DNA of 64,000 nt from Spirochaetaceae bacterium (lineage in GTDB: Bacteria; Spirochaetota; Spirochaetia; Treponematales; Treponemataceae). The position numbers and the translations under genes are program-made. The stretch is taken from positions 2,006 to 66,005 of the forward strand of contig JAGAOP010000016.1 of NCBI GenBank assembly GCA_017623685.1, given 5' to 3'. Positions 36,528-46,107 of this stretch are shown here, piece after piece (position 1 is the stretch's first letter; the number at the start of each line of letters is the position of its first letter). The notes beneath the pieces are model-generated. The model saw only the letters and a list, made by a program, of their open reading frames with translations. It was not told the DNA's origin and ran no database searches.

Positions 36528-37583
36528 ATGAAAAAACTTGCATATTTGCTAAAAAATAACAATTTTTTGTTTTCTGTTAAAATTTTTATTGGATTCTTTG
36601 CGCTGATTTTTGCAATTTTTCTTGGAATTACCCATGGCACAGAAAAAATTACTTTTTCACAGATTGTTTTAGCTTTATTCAATCCTGACAAAGCGGAAAT
36701 TTTCGCTACAATAATTATTAGGAATATTAGGTTACCAAGAGTTTTTTTAGCAGCATTATGTGGAGCTTTACTAGCAGGGTCGGGGGCTGTTTTTCAAGGT
36801 TTTTTTCGTAATCCTCTTGCTGATTCTGGAGTAATGGGGGTTTCCTCTGGAGCTGCCCTAGGAGCAGTTTTTTCTGCCTTAATTCCATTTCAAGCCTTAT
36901 CACTTCCTGCTTTTTTATCATCAAATATAACTGCTTTTTGTGCTTTTTTAGGTTCAACCTTAGCTGTTTTTTTAATTTTCGCTGCATCCAAAATTCCAGG
37001 GCAACAAAACAGCACTTCTATTATTTTACTAACAGGTACAGCTGCCTCCACCTTTTTTGCTTCTGTTACATCGTTAATAATTCTTTTAAAAGATAACGAA
37101 TTACATAAAATGTTTGTTTGGACCTTAGGTAGTTTTAATGGAAAAGGTTGGAAGGAATTTTTTTTAGTTTTACCATTGTCCTTTGTTGCAACACTATTAA
37201 TGATTTTTTCATCAAGTTTTTTGGATATTTTTAGTGGTGGACGGGCAACTGCTTTATCACTAGGCTTAAACGTAAAAAAAGCTCAATGGTTAACCCTTGG
37301 TTCCGCTTCATTAGGTGCAGCAGCTGCAGTTTGTATCGGAGGCACAATCGGATTTGTAGGTTTAATTATTCCCCACTTAGTTAGACGAATTTACAGTCCT
37401 CGACATTCCATTTTAGTTCCTATTAGTTTAATCTGGGGTGCAACATTTTTAATTATAGCAGATACCATTGCTAGAACAATCGCATCCCCTTCTGAATTGC
37501 CTGTTGGAATTGTAACAGCTTTAATCGGAGCTCCTTTTTTTGTATCTCTTCTTTTTTCAACAAGGAGTACTTCCCATGAATAA
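36528..37583 (+). CDS. FecCD/BtuC family ABC permease
   Basis: IRLPRV, QGFFRNPLADSGVMGVSSGA, IGFVGLIIPH, ELPVGIVTALIGAPFF. Confidence 0.92.
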   Translation: MKKLAYLLKNNNFLFSVKIFIGFFALIFAIFLGITHGTEKITFSQIVLALFNPDKAEIFATIIIRNIRLPRVFLAALCGALLAGSGAVFQGFFRNPLADSGVMGVSSGAALGAVFSALIPFQALSLPAFLSSNITAFCAFLGSTLAVFLIFAASKIPGQQNSTSIILLTGTAASTFFASVTSLIILLKDNELHKMFVWTLGSFNGKGWKEFFLVLPLSFVATLLMIFSSSFLDIFSGGRATALSLGLNVKKAQWLTLGSASLGAAAAVCIGGTIGFVGLIIPHLVRRIYSPRHSILVPISLIWGATFLIIADTIARTIASPSELPVGIVTALIGAPFFVSLLFSTRSTSHE

Positions 37584-38391
37584 TTCAGCTAATGTTTTAA
37601 AAACTGAATCATTACATGCCTTTTACAATAGTCGCCAAATTCTTAAAGAAATAAATTTATCTCTTAACCCAGGTGAATTTGTTTGTCTAAGTGGTCCTAA
37701 TGGTAGTGGAAAATCAACCCTAATGTCTCTTTTAGCAGGAACGAATTCAGAACAATTAAAATTTAAGGGAACTGTTTTCATTGATAAAAAAAATATTCTT
37801 GAATTTAAAAAAAAGGAATTAGCAAAAAAACTGACCTACATGCCTCAAACTGAAAATAGTCCTTGGAATTATTTAGTAAAAGATATAATTCTATTTGGTC
37901 GATTTCCTCATACTAGTTTTACTGGAGTATATCATCCTACAGATTATGACATTGTGGCTCAAACTGCAGAAACTTTAGGAATTTCACATTTGCTGAATCG
38001 ACAAGTTTTTTCTCTTTCTGGGGGAGAATTCCAACGAGTACGAATTGCTAGAGCCTTAGCTCAGGAAGCAAAAATCCTACTTTTGGATGAACCTGCCGCA
38101 AATTTAGACTTTGTAATTAGGTTTGAATTACTAAAACTTGTAAAAAAATTAGCAAAAGAAAAAAAATTATCTGTTTTAGTTTCGATACATGATATAAATT
38201 TGGCGGCAGTTTTTGCAGATAAATTAATGCTACTTTCTGCTTTTTCTGAAGAAAAAAATATTGGTGAACAATTATTCCAAGGTTCCCCCCATGAAATTTT
38301 AACCCCAGAAATATTATTTAATGTATATAACAGAAACTTTGGCACTTTCATTCACCCGGAATATAAATGCATCAATATCTTTGCAAAATAA
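37576..38391 (+). CDS. FecE/BtuD family ABC ATPase
   Basis: GPNGSGKST, LSGGEFQR, LLLDEP, SIHDIN; ATG at 37576 after SD AAGGAG. Confidence 0.92.
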   Translation: MNNSANVLKTESLHAFYNSRQILKEINLSLNPGEFVCLSGPNGSGKSTLMSLLAGTNSEQLKFKGTVFIDKKNILEFKKKELAKKLTYMPQTENSPWNYLVKDIILFGRFPHTSFTGVYHPTDYDIVAQTAETLGISHLLNRQVFSLSGGEFQRVRIARALAQEAKILLLDEPAANLDFVIRFELLKLVKKLAKEKKLSVLVSIHDINLAAVFADKLMLLSAFSEEKNIGEQLFQGSPHEILTPEILFNVYNRNFGTFIHPEYKCINIFAK

Positions 38392-38438
38392 AACAAAGTG
38401 TACCGCCAAAACGTTCTGTTTTTTTGGTACACTTTGTT
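38392..38438. terminator. Hairpin between convergent ABC ATPase and rny
   Basis: aacaaagtgtacc / ggtacactttgtt 13-bp perfect stem. Confidence 0.7.
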
Positions 38439-38487
38439 AAAAATAATAAGTTACTGAATTGTTTTGTTAAAACTTTTTTAGCAACCC

Positions 38488-40020
38488 TTATCTTGCATAT
38501 TCAATAATTCGAGTTTCCCGAATCATAGTAATTTTGATTCTTCCTGGATAACACAAATCAGTTTCAATTTGCTTTGCAATTTTTCTAGCCAATTCTTTAA
38601 CTTCTGAATCAGAAATCTTTTCGTTATTAACTAGAACTCTAAGCTCACGTCCAGCTTGAATTGCATAGGCCTTTTCTACACCGGTGAATTTTTCTGCAAT
38701 GGTTTCTAAATTCTCCAAACGCTTAACATAGTTATCTATGGTTTCCCGGCGAGCTCCAGGTCTAGCTGCAGAAATTGCGTCTGCAATTTGAACGATAATA
38801 GCTTCGATGCTATTTGGTTCAATGTCATTATGGTGAGCCCCAACTGCATTAATAACTCTTGGGTCTTCTCCCATTTTACGAACCATATCCATTCCCACTT
38901 CTGCGTGGTTCTGATCGGAATCGCTTTCGGCACCTTTACCAATGTCATGCAAAACAGCAGCTCGTTTTGCAATTTCTCGATTTACTCCTAGTTCTGCAGC
39001 TAACATTCCTGCAATAATTGCCACTTCTTTTGAATGGTTCAAAACATTTTGGCCATAACTTGTACGGAAATATAAGCGACCAAGAGCCCGAACTCCTTCT
39101 TGGCTCATATTGTGGATACCTAAATCGAAAAGAACCTTTTCACCTTCTTCGTAAATCTTCTGCTGAATTTCTCTAGTAACCTTTTGAACAACTTCTTCAA
39201 TTCGTGCCGGATGAATACGACCATCAGAAATAAGCCTTTCAAGGGCAACCTTTGCAATTTCTTTTCTCACAGTATCAAAACAAGAAATAACTACAGCTTC
39301 TGGAGTATCATCGATGATAACATCAACACCTGTTAATGTTTCAAGAGCACGTATATTTCGTCCTTCTCGACCGATAATACGACCCTTCATTTCATCACTA
39401 GGTAAAGAAACAGTGGCTACAGTTATGTCGCTTGTTGTTTCTGTAGCAATACGTTGAATTGTTGTAACTAGAATATCCCTTGCCTTCTTTTCTGAAGTCA
39501 ACTGAGCTTCTTGTTCTATCTTATTCAACAAAGCCTGTGCATCATGACGAGCTTCGTTTTCTAAAGTTTGAATTATCAGATTTTTTGCTTCTTGGGCAGA
39601 TAGTCCTGAAATTCGTTCAAGTTCTTGACGATATTTTTCCTCTTCTTCTGCAAGAACAGCTTCTCGTTGTGCAATATGTTGTTCTTTTTCTACAAAATCA
39701 CTTTCGGTTTTATCAAGAGAGGCTTTTCGCTTATCCAAATCTTCTTCTTTTTGAATAAGACGTCGCTCCATCCTTTGTAAATCACTTCGGCGCTCACGGT
39801 TTTCCCGCTCCTGCTGCTTTTGTTCCCGAATGAGTTGTTCTTTCGCTTCTAATAAAATCTCTTTTTTCTGTGCTTCCGCTTCTCTTATTGCGTCCTGTTT
39901 TATCCGTTCCGCTTTTTGCTCGGAGGCAGATAGTTGAAATCTGGCATACAGCCAGCGAATTGTCCATCCAAGAACAGTTCCAGCAACAGGGAGCCCGATA
40001 TATAACCAAGTTTTAGGCAT
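38488..40020 (-). CDS. rny: Ribonuclease Y
   Basis: N-terminal TM, coiled coil, KH motif MKGRIIGREGRNIR, HD motif LHDIGK, ADAISAARPGAR. Confidence 0.97.
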   Translation of the reverse strand: MPKTWLYIGLPVAGTVLGWTIRWLYARFQLSASEQKAERIKQDAIREAEAQKKEILLEAKEQLIREQKQQERENRERRSDLQRMERRLIQKEEDLDKRKASLDKTESDFVEKEQHIAQREAVLAEEEEKYRQELERISGLSAQEAKNLIIQTLENEARHDAQALLNKIEQEAQLTSEKKARDILVTTIQRIATETTSDITVATVSLPSDEMKGRIIGREGRNIRALETLTGVDVIIDDTPEAVVISCFDTVRKEIAKVALERLISDGRIHPARIEEVVQKVTREIQQKIYEEGEKVLFDLGIHNMSQEGVRALGRLYFRTSYGQNVLNHSKEVAIIAGMLAAELGVNREIAKRAAVLHDIGKGAESDSDQNHAEVGMDMVRKMGEDPRVINAVGAHHNDIEPNSIEAIIVQIADAISAARPGARRETIDNYVKRLENLETIAEKFTGVEKAYAIQAGRELRVLVNNEKISDSEVKELARKIAKQIETDLCYPGRIKITMIRETRIIEYAR

Positions 40021-40061
40021 AATTTAACTCCTTGTTGCATTTATAGAAATGCTCATTTTAC

Positions 40062-40090
40062 AAATTATCATATCTTTGCAATATTGTCAA
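40062..40090 (-). promoter_or_regulatory. Sigma70 promoter of rny
   Basis: TTGACA-N17-TAATTT with extended -10 TG. Confidence 0.7.
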
Positions 40091-40187
40091 ATCAAGAGGT
40101 ACAAATATAGAAAAATAATAGTTTATTCTTATTGACATTTATGCCGATATGCTTAAAAGTAAAATTATCGCAATTACAGGAGAAGCT

Positions 40188-40787
40188 ATGAAAAAAGCTA
40201 TTGGAATAATTCTTGTTTTCTTACTTTTAACAAATTTTGTTTTTACTCAAACAGAAGAAAATATTCAAAAGAAAAATGAAATACAGATTAAAGTCGGAGC
40301 GTTACCAGCACTAGAACTTTTTTTGGGAACTTTCGTTTCTGCTTTTACTGCCATTGGGGATGCAATAGATAATAAAGATAATGAACAAGAAAATTTTACA
40401 CTTCCCACTATTTCTGTAGAATATTTTCGTCGTTTAGATACTCGAAATGCCATCGGAGCTTCTGTTTCTTGGGGAACACCCACATATAACATTTCAACTT
40501 CAGAAAACGAAGAAAAATCATATGGTATCTCATATGTTTCTGCAATGTTTAAATATCGCTACTCTTATTTAGTTAAGGATTCATTTTATTTGTTCGGAGG
40601 TCTTGGCTTAGGAGCAGAGGCGATTTATTCTTTTGGGGCGGAAACAGATTCTGTAATTCCCTGCGTTGCTTTACAGGGAACACCCATAGGCATTGGATTT
40701 GGTAGTGATAGATTTTTTGGTACTGCAGAACTAACTATTGGATCTGAAGGTTCTATACTCACTCTAGGAGGAGGAATCCGTTTTTAA
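40188..40787 (+). CDS. Putative small outer-membrane beta-barrel protein
   Basis: Signal peptide; amphipathic Gly/aromatic strands; C-terminal LTLGGGIRF; ATG at 40188 after SD AGGAG. Confidence 0.65.
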   Translation: MKKAIGIILVFLLLTNFVFTQTEENIQKKNEIQIKVGALPALELFLGTFVSAFTAIGDAIDNKDNEQENFTLPTISVEYFRRLDTRNAIGASVSWGTPTYNISTSENEEKSYGISYVSAMFKYRYSYLVKDSFYLFGGLGLGAEAIYSFGAETDSVIPCVALQGTPIGIGFGSDRFFGTAELTIGSEGSILTLGGGIRF

Positions 40788-40793
40788 CACTAC

Positions 40794-41246
40794 ATGAAAA
40801 AAATATTGTTTGTTTGCACAGGAAATATTTGTCGCTCCACCATGGCTGAATTTGTAATGAAGCATTTAATCCAAAAAGCAAATCTAAAAGAATCCTTTTA
40901 CATAGATTCTGCAGGAACAAGCCGAGAAGAGTTAGGCAATCCTCCTCATTACGGAACCGTTCGCAAACTTAAATCTGTTGGAATTTCAGTTGGAACTCAC
41001 TATGCAAGACAAATTAATGAATCTGACTTTGAAGAATTTGATTTAATAATCTGCATGGATTCTTATAACATGAGGTATCTTAAAAGAGTTGCTCCTGAGG
41101 ATTGCCAAAATAAATTGCATCTTCTTTTGGAATATGCGGGATTACCAAGGGATATAGCAGATCCTTGGTATACTGGCAATTTTGACGACACTTATAATGA
41201 TGTTCTTAGGGGCTGTACAGCATTATTAGAGGAACTACAAAGATAG
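40794..41246 (+). CDS. Low molecular weight protein-tyrosine phosphatase
   Basis: FVCTGNICRS P-loop, DSAGT, IADPWY. Confidence 0.93.
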   Translation: MKKILFVCTGNICRSTMAEFVMKHLIQKANLKESFYIDSAGTSREELGNPPHYGTVRKLKSVGISVGTHYARQINESDFEEFDLIICMDSYNMRYLKRVAPEDCQNKLHLLLEYAGLPRDIADPWYTGNFDDTYNDVLRGCTALLEELQR

Positions 41247-41275
41247 AACTTTTACTAAAAAAGTTTCTAAGGTTA

Positions 41276-41304
41276 TTTACATATTTTTATATCCGATATA
41301 GAAT
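41276..41304 (+). promoter_or_regulatory. Sigma70 promoter, leaderless architecture (cheR-cheB)
   Basis: TTTACA-N17-TAGAAT-N6-ATG; an overlapping TCCGATAT sigma28-like -10 is also present. Confidence 0.65.
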
Positions 41305-41310
41305 AGTATT

Positions 41311-42126
41311 ATGCTTGATTTACTTTCAGATGTTGAATTTGATATGTTTCGCAAAGTGATTTATGCAGAAAGTGGAATTACTTTTTCTGATACTAACAGA
41401 TCGATTCTAGACAGTCGCCTAAAAGAAAGGCTTAGAGAAAAACAACTAACCTCTGCACAAGATTATTACAGACTTATAACTAGCAACAAAGAAGAAATGA
41501 AACTTTTTCTTGATGCTGTTACAACAAATTTAACTCGTTTTTTTAGAAATCAGCCACACTTTGATGCATTGGTTCACTATGTAGTTCCTCATATCCTCGA
41601 ACTGAAAAAAAATCAATTTGATAAAAAAATACGTATTTGGAGTGCAGGATGTTCCACTGGAGAAGAACCTTACACCATTGCTATGATTTTAAAAGATATC
41701 CTTCCAGCTCCTTATTCCTTTGAAATAATGGCATCTGATATTTCCCTTAAATCTCTTATGGTTGGGAAACAAGGTTTTTATCCTGCATCTAGAATTACAG
41801 GTATTCCAGAAAAATACCTTTCTCGGTACTTTACAAAAATAGAAGACGGATATCAAATTTGTGATGAATTAATGAAAACCATTCGCTTTGACTACCACAA
41901 CTTAAAATTCGCCCCAGTAACCAGAAATCTAGACATCGTTTTTTGTAGAAATGTATTAATATATTTTGACGAACCAGCACAGTTGCAAGTAATTAATCAC
42001 TTTTGGGATGCTATGGCTCCTCATTCTTATTTATATATTGGGCATTCTGAATCTCTGTTTGGAATGGACACCAAGTTCGAATTCTTAAAAACGAATTGGG
42101 CTTGCTTATATCAAAAAAACGTGTAA
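41311..42126 (+). CDS. cheR: Chemotaxis methyltransferase CheR
   Basis: TTNLTRFFR, IWSAGCSTGEEPYTIAM, IVFCRNVLIYFD, GHSES. Confidence 0.97.
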   Translation: MLDLLSDVEFDMFRKVIYAESGITFSDTNRSILDSRLKERLREKQLTSAQDYYRLITSNKEEMKLFLDAVTTNLTRFFRNQPHFDALVHYVVPHILELKKNQFDKKIRIWSAGCSTGEEPYTIAMILKDILPAPYSFEIMASDISLKSLMVGKQGFYPASRITGIPEKYLSRYFTKIEDGYQICDELMKTIRFDYHNLKFAPVTRNLDIVFCRNVLIYFDEPAQLQVINHFWDAMAPHSYLYIGHSESLFGMDTKFEFLKTNWACLYQKNV

Positions 42127-42151
42127 AAAGGGCACATAAAACTAGTTTACT

Positions 42152-43285
42152 ATGGAATCATATGAAATTGGCGTGTTAATAGTTGATGACTCAGCTTTAA
42201 TGCGTAACATTATTGCAAAAATCGTTGATAATACTCCAGGTCTTGTAGTAGCTGGTCGAGCTATGAATGGTCAGTTCGCACTAGATAAAATTCCTGTTTG
42301 TAAGCCAGATGTTATAGTCCTTGATATTGAAATGCCTGTTATGGACGGCTTAGAGTTTCTTAAAGAACGAAAAAAACGTGGTATTGACATTCCTGTTATT
42401 ATGCTATCCAGTTTAACAACTGAAAATGCTGCCGTAACAATGCAATGTATCGAACTAGGAGCTAGCGATTTTTTACCAAAACCAAATGCTTCTTCTCAAG
42501 ACGGAAATTTAGGTGCAGTTGCAGCCCGTTTGGCAGAATTACTTCCCTCTTACGGAGGTAGATATGCTAAACAAAAAGGCAACAAATGCATTCCACTGTA
42601 TCGTCCACCAATAGAAGGAACTTCAGTTGTACCAACTCCTATTTTTTCTTTTCAAGAGGAAAATTCAAAAACTCCTTCTGTAATCACACCTATACGAGAA
42701 CCAGGAAAAATCGACATTATAGCTATTGGAATTTCAACTGGAGGTCCAAATGCTTTACGAGAAGTATTCAAAAAAATAGATCCAAATATTAAACAACCAA
42801 TTTTAGTCGTTCAACATATGCCAGCTGGATTTACAAAGGAATTTGCAAACAGTTTGAATTCTCTTTGCCCACTAGAAGTAAAAGAAGCCCAAGATGGCGA
42901 CATAATTAAACCTGGGCGTATCTTAATTGCACCAGGAAATTTCCACATATATGTAGAAAAAAGATCTTTGGCAAATATCGTACGTCTTTCTGACGGTCCA
43001 CAAAGAAACGGACATCGCCCTTCTGTAGACGTACTATTTGAATCAATTTCTGCTATTTACCAAAATCATGCCTTAGGTGTTATCATGACAGGTATGGGTA
43101 ATGACGGAGCAGAACAACTGGCAGAAATGAGAAAACAAGGTGCTCACACCATTGGTCAAGATGAACGCTCTTGTATTGTTTACGGAATGCCTCGTGTTGC
43201 ATGGGAAAAGGGAGGTGTTCAACAACAAGTATCCCTTCAAAATATGGCAAATACAATCAATTCCTTGGCTAAAGAATATAGCTAA
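42152..43285 (+). CDS. cheB: Chemotaxis response regulator methylesterase CheB
   Basis: Receiver VDDS/LDIEMP; GISTGGP, VQHMP, RPSVD, MTGMGNDG. Confidence 0.97.
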   Translation: MESYEIGVLIVDDSALMRNIIAKIVDNTPGLVVAGRAMNGQFALDKIPVCKPDVIVLDIEMPVMDGLEFLKERKKRGIDIPVIMLSSLTTENAAVTMQCIELGASDFLPKPNASSQDGNLGAVAARLAELLPSYGGRYAKQKGNKCIPLYRPPIEGTSVVPTPIFSFQEENSKTPSVITPIREPGKIDIIAIGISTGGPNALREVFKKIDPNIKQPILVVQHMPAGFTKEFANSLNSLCPLEVKEAQDGDIIKPGRILIAPGNFHIYVEKRSLANIVRLSDGPQRNGHRPSVDVLFESISAIYQNHALGVIMTGMGNDGAEQLAEMRKQGAHTIGQDERSCIVYGMPRVAWEKGGVQQQVSLQNMANTINSLAKEYS

Positions 43286-43287
43286 AA

Positions 43288-43710
43288 TTAATTATTTGTT
43301 AAAACATTTATTATCACAGGCTTACTCAAAATCAATTTGCTACGAGTTATTATTGTGATAATAGTTGTCGTTATTCCTAAACATAGCAAAACTCCAACAG
43401 CTCTCATTCCTTCTGTTACCATTTTGCCAAATAACTGAGCTACAGGTTCTGCCAAAAAATATCCACCGATAGCAGCTAGGATTGGAATAATTAAAGCTAA
43501 AAAAACTTGTGCAAATTGAGCTTTTGCACTTACTCCCAACTGAACAACATCTCCACATTTTAGTTCAAAAGCCTTTGGATTTATAGCAGGAAATGGTTTT
43601 CCTCGCTTTTCACAAGCGGGTTGATTACAATTTATACAAGTATCACTTAAAATAGGTGTTACCCATACAGAATCTTTTTCAAAATTTAGCACACAAGCTT
43701 TATTTCGCAT
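43288..43710 (-). CDS. RseC/MucC (SoxR-reducing system) family membrane protein
   Basis: CINCNQPAC cluster, GDVVQLG, two C-terminal TMs; ATG at 43710 after GGAG. Confidence 0.7.
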   Translation of the reverse strand: MRNKACVLNFEKDSVWVTPILSDTCINCNQPACEKRGKPFPAINPKAFELKCGDVVQLGVSAKAQFAQVFLALIIPILAAIGGYFLAEPVAQLFGKMVTEGMRAVGVLLCLGITTTIITIITRSKLILSKPVIINVLTNN

Positions 43711-44236
43711 ATGCTCCACCCTGAGAGAGAGTTTTTAGTTTTTCAGCACATTCTTTAACACCGTTTTTATTTCCTAGCTGCTCATAGGTATCCCTAAGAT
43801 TATATAAGGCATCGTAATAATTTGGATCAATCATCACAGCTCGTTCAAAGGATTCACAGGCTGTTTCATATTCTCCCTTGGAAAAAAATATAACACCACT
43901 ATTATTCCACAAATGAGCATTTTGACAATTCAAATCCAAACCTTCTGCACAAAAGGCTAAAGCATCTTCTAATTCATTCATCAGAAAACACACATGTGCT
44001 AAAGTTCCAATTATATCTTCGTCTGAATCTTGTAACTTATATGCAACTAAAAGTGCTTCTTTTGCTTTTTGAAGTTTACCCGCATCTCTATATGTTACCC
44101 CTAAGTTGAACCATAAAAAATGATTATTTTTTTCAATTGTTAAAGCTCTTTTAAAACAGGCAATAGCTTCGGTATATTCCCCTTTTGATGCAAAATCAAT
44201 AGCTTGTGTATTTAATTTTTCAGGATTCTCGACCAT
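43700..44236 (-). CDS. TPR repeat protein
   Basis: Four to five canonical TPRs (WFNLGVTY, WNNSGVIF, IDPNYYDALYNL); ATG at 44236 after SD AAGGAGG. Confidence 0.88.
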   Translation of the reverse strand: MVENPEKLNTQAIDFASKGEYTEAIACFKRALTIEKNNHFLWFNLGVTYRDAGKLQKAKEALLVAYKLQDSDEDIIGTLAHVCFLMNELEDALAFCAEGLDLNCQNAHLWNNSGVIFFSKGEYETACESFERAVMIDPNYYDALYNLRDTYEQLGNKNGVKECAEKLKTLSQGGAYAK

Positions 44237-44350
44237 GAACAGAGCCTCCTTTTTACAATAATTCAATGGCTAAAAGTCTACAACTTAAATTTTCAACAAA
44301 CTACCTATATCTATAAAATATATTATAAGCAAAGTGTTACCTAAATAAAA

Positions 44351-45403
44351 CTAATTTAGGCCCATCATATCTGCAAACAAAGCAGCTATCTTATCAGTTG
44401 CAATAGAATTTGGGTAAAGTTGCTTTGTCTTTGCACAGGCTTCACTAATTAAAAGAGCTGCCATATCTTTTGCTTTTTCTATAGCTCCTTTTGAAGAAAT
44501 AATTTGAATACATTCTTCTACAGCAGAGGATTCAATTCCTTCTTCCTTTGCTTTTTGAAAAGAAGCCATTATTTTGGCAAAATCTTCTGGACAAGAAGCA
44601 AGATGTAACAGAACTGGCAAACTTTTTTTGCCTTCTACAATATCATCACCTCGTTTTTTACCAGAATTACCAGTTGTTAGATTTATTACGTCATCTAATA
44701 CTTGAAATCCTATTCCGATATCCCCTGCTACCTGACCCATTTCTATAGCTTGAGATTCTGTGCCACCCCCAGCAATAATACCCACTTGAGCCGCCAAAGA
44801 AGCCAAAGTACCTGTTTTCAATCTAACCATTGCTGTATATTCTGCCACAGTAGGAATTGCTGTATTATCTTTATGCCACATAATATCCATAGCTTGCCCT
44901 AAATGCAACCTTCTTAATTCTCGAGCATAAAGCCTGTGTAATAAAAGCTGTTGCGATTCATTTAACCCAGAATTTGAAATGGCGTTAGAAGCAGCAAAAT
45001 ACATCCAAGTTCCCGCATTAAGAGCCACATCTAATCCATGGACTATATGTGCAGCAGGGGCTCCTCGGCGTGTATCTGCGGAATCTTCTATGTCGTCGTG
45101 GATTAAGCTAGCAGTATGAGCAAGTTCCACAAGAGGTGCCAATTCATAAGCTGCTTGTGGAGTATCCTCTGTGTCAGCAACTGCTTGAGCGCATAAAACT
45201 AAAAGCAAAGGACGCCAACGCTTTCCTCCAAGTTTTATCAAGTTTCTTCCAGAGTCAGCAAGAACAGAAGTATGAATTGTTGTAACACACTCTGGCAACA
45301 AGCCAAACAAAGAATTATTCCATTCTCCAGAAAGCTGAGAGGGCAACATTTTCCTAAGGGAGGATTCGATATTCTGTAGTTCAATATTAAAGTTATAGAC
45401 CAT
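44351..45403 (-). CDS. Polyprenyl diphosphate synthase
   Basis: GGKRWRP, FARM LIHDDIED..RRG, GQAMD, KTG, SARM FQVLDD, DIVEGK. Confidence 0.93.
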   Translation of the reverse strand: MVYNFNIELQNIESSLRKMLPSQLSGEWNNSLFGLLPECVTTIHTSVLADSGRNLIKLGGKRWRPLLLVLCAQAVADTEDTPQAAYELAPLVELAHTASLIHDDIEDSADTRRGAPAAHIVHGLDVALNAGTWMYFAASNAISNSGLNESQQLLLHRLYARELRRLHLGQAMDIMWHKDNTAIPTVAEYTAMVRLKTGTLASLAAQVGIIAGGGTESQAIEMGQVAGDIGIGFQVLDDVINLTTGNSGKKRGDDIVEGKKSLPVLLHLASCPEDFAKIMASFQKAKEEGIESSAVEECIQIISSKGAIEKAKDMAALLISEACAKTKQLYPNSIATDKIAALFADMMGLN

Positions 45404-45409
45404 ATATAT

Positions 45410-45438
45410 ATTATAACAGAATTTCTGAATTCTGGAAA
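45410..45438 (-). promoter_or_regulatory. Sigma70 promoter, leaderless architecture (polyprenyl synthase)
   Basis: TTTCCA-N17-TATAAT-N6-ATG with extended -10 TG. Confidence 0.72.
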
Positions 45439-45457
45439 CATAAAGTAATACTTTTAT

Positions 45458-45484
45458 TAAATATTAAATTTTCTTTGCCGAAAA
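45458..45484 (+). promoter_or_regulatory. Sigma28-like promoter upstream of rlmE-M23
   Basis: TAAA-N15-GCCGAAAA, one mismatch to consensus. Confidence 0.45.
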
Positions 45485-45495
45485 TAATAAAGCGT

Positions 45496-46107
45496 ATGGC
45501 TTCAAATAGTTATAAAAAACCGGATTACTGGTCTCGTAAAGCATTTTCTGAAAGCTATCCAGCTCGTTCTGTTTACAAGCTTCAAGAAATAAACGAAAAA
45601 TTCGGTATACTGAAAAAAAATTACAACGTTCTCGATTTAGGTGCTGCACCTGGTAGCTGGACAACCTTTGTTTTGCGACAATTAGATGAAACTGGGCATA
45701 TTACTTCGATAGATTTAAACCCTTTATCAAAAGATGTTGTAGGAAATAATTTGACCTTTATCCAAGGTGACTTGTATAATGAAGAGATACGCAAACAAGC
45801 TCTTGAACATGGACCCTATGATTTGGTAATATGCGACGCGGCACCACCAACAACTGGAAATAAAACCGTTGACACAGCCAGATCAGCAGGTCTTGTAGAA
45901 CTAGCGATTTATTATGCAAAAACCATGCTTAAACCAAATGGAAATTTTGCAGTTAAAATATTTCAAGGTGGAGATCAGCAAATGTTTCTAAAATCCATGC
46001 GACAGATTTTCCAATCCGCCCGTGGATTTAAACCAGAAGCTTGCCGAAATGAATCTTTTGAAACATATTTAATCGGATTAAACAAAAAACAACAGGTGGA
46101 TGTATGA
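45496..46107 (+). CDS. rlmE: 23S rRNA 2'-O-methyltransferase RlmE (FtsJ)
   Basis: ARSVYKLQEI, LDLGAAPGSW, CDAAP, VKIFQG, KPEACRNESFETY; ATG at 45496. Confidence 0.95.
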   Translation: MASNSYKKPDYWSRKAFSESYPARSVYKLQEINEKFGILKKNYNVLDLGAAPGSWTTFVLRQLDETGHITSIDLNPLSKDVVGNNLTFIQGDLYNEEIRKQALEHGPYDLVICDAAPPTTGNKTVDTARSAGLVELAIYYAKTMLKPNGNFAVKIFQGGDQQMFLKSMRQIFQSARGFKPEACRNESFETYLIGLNKKQQVDV

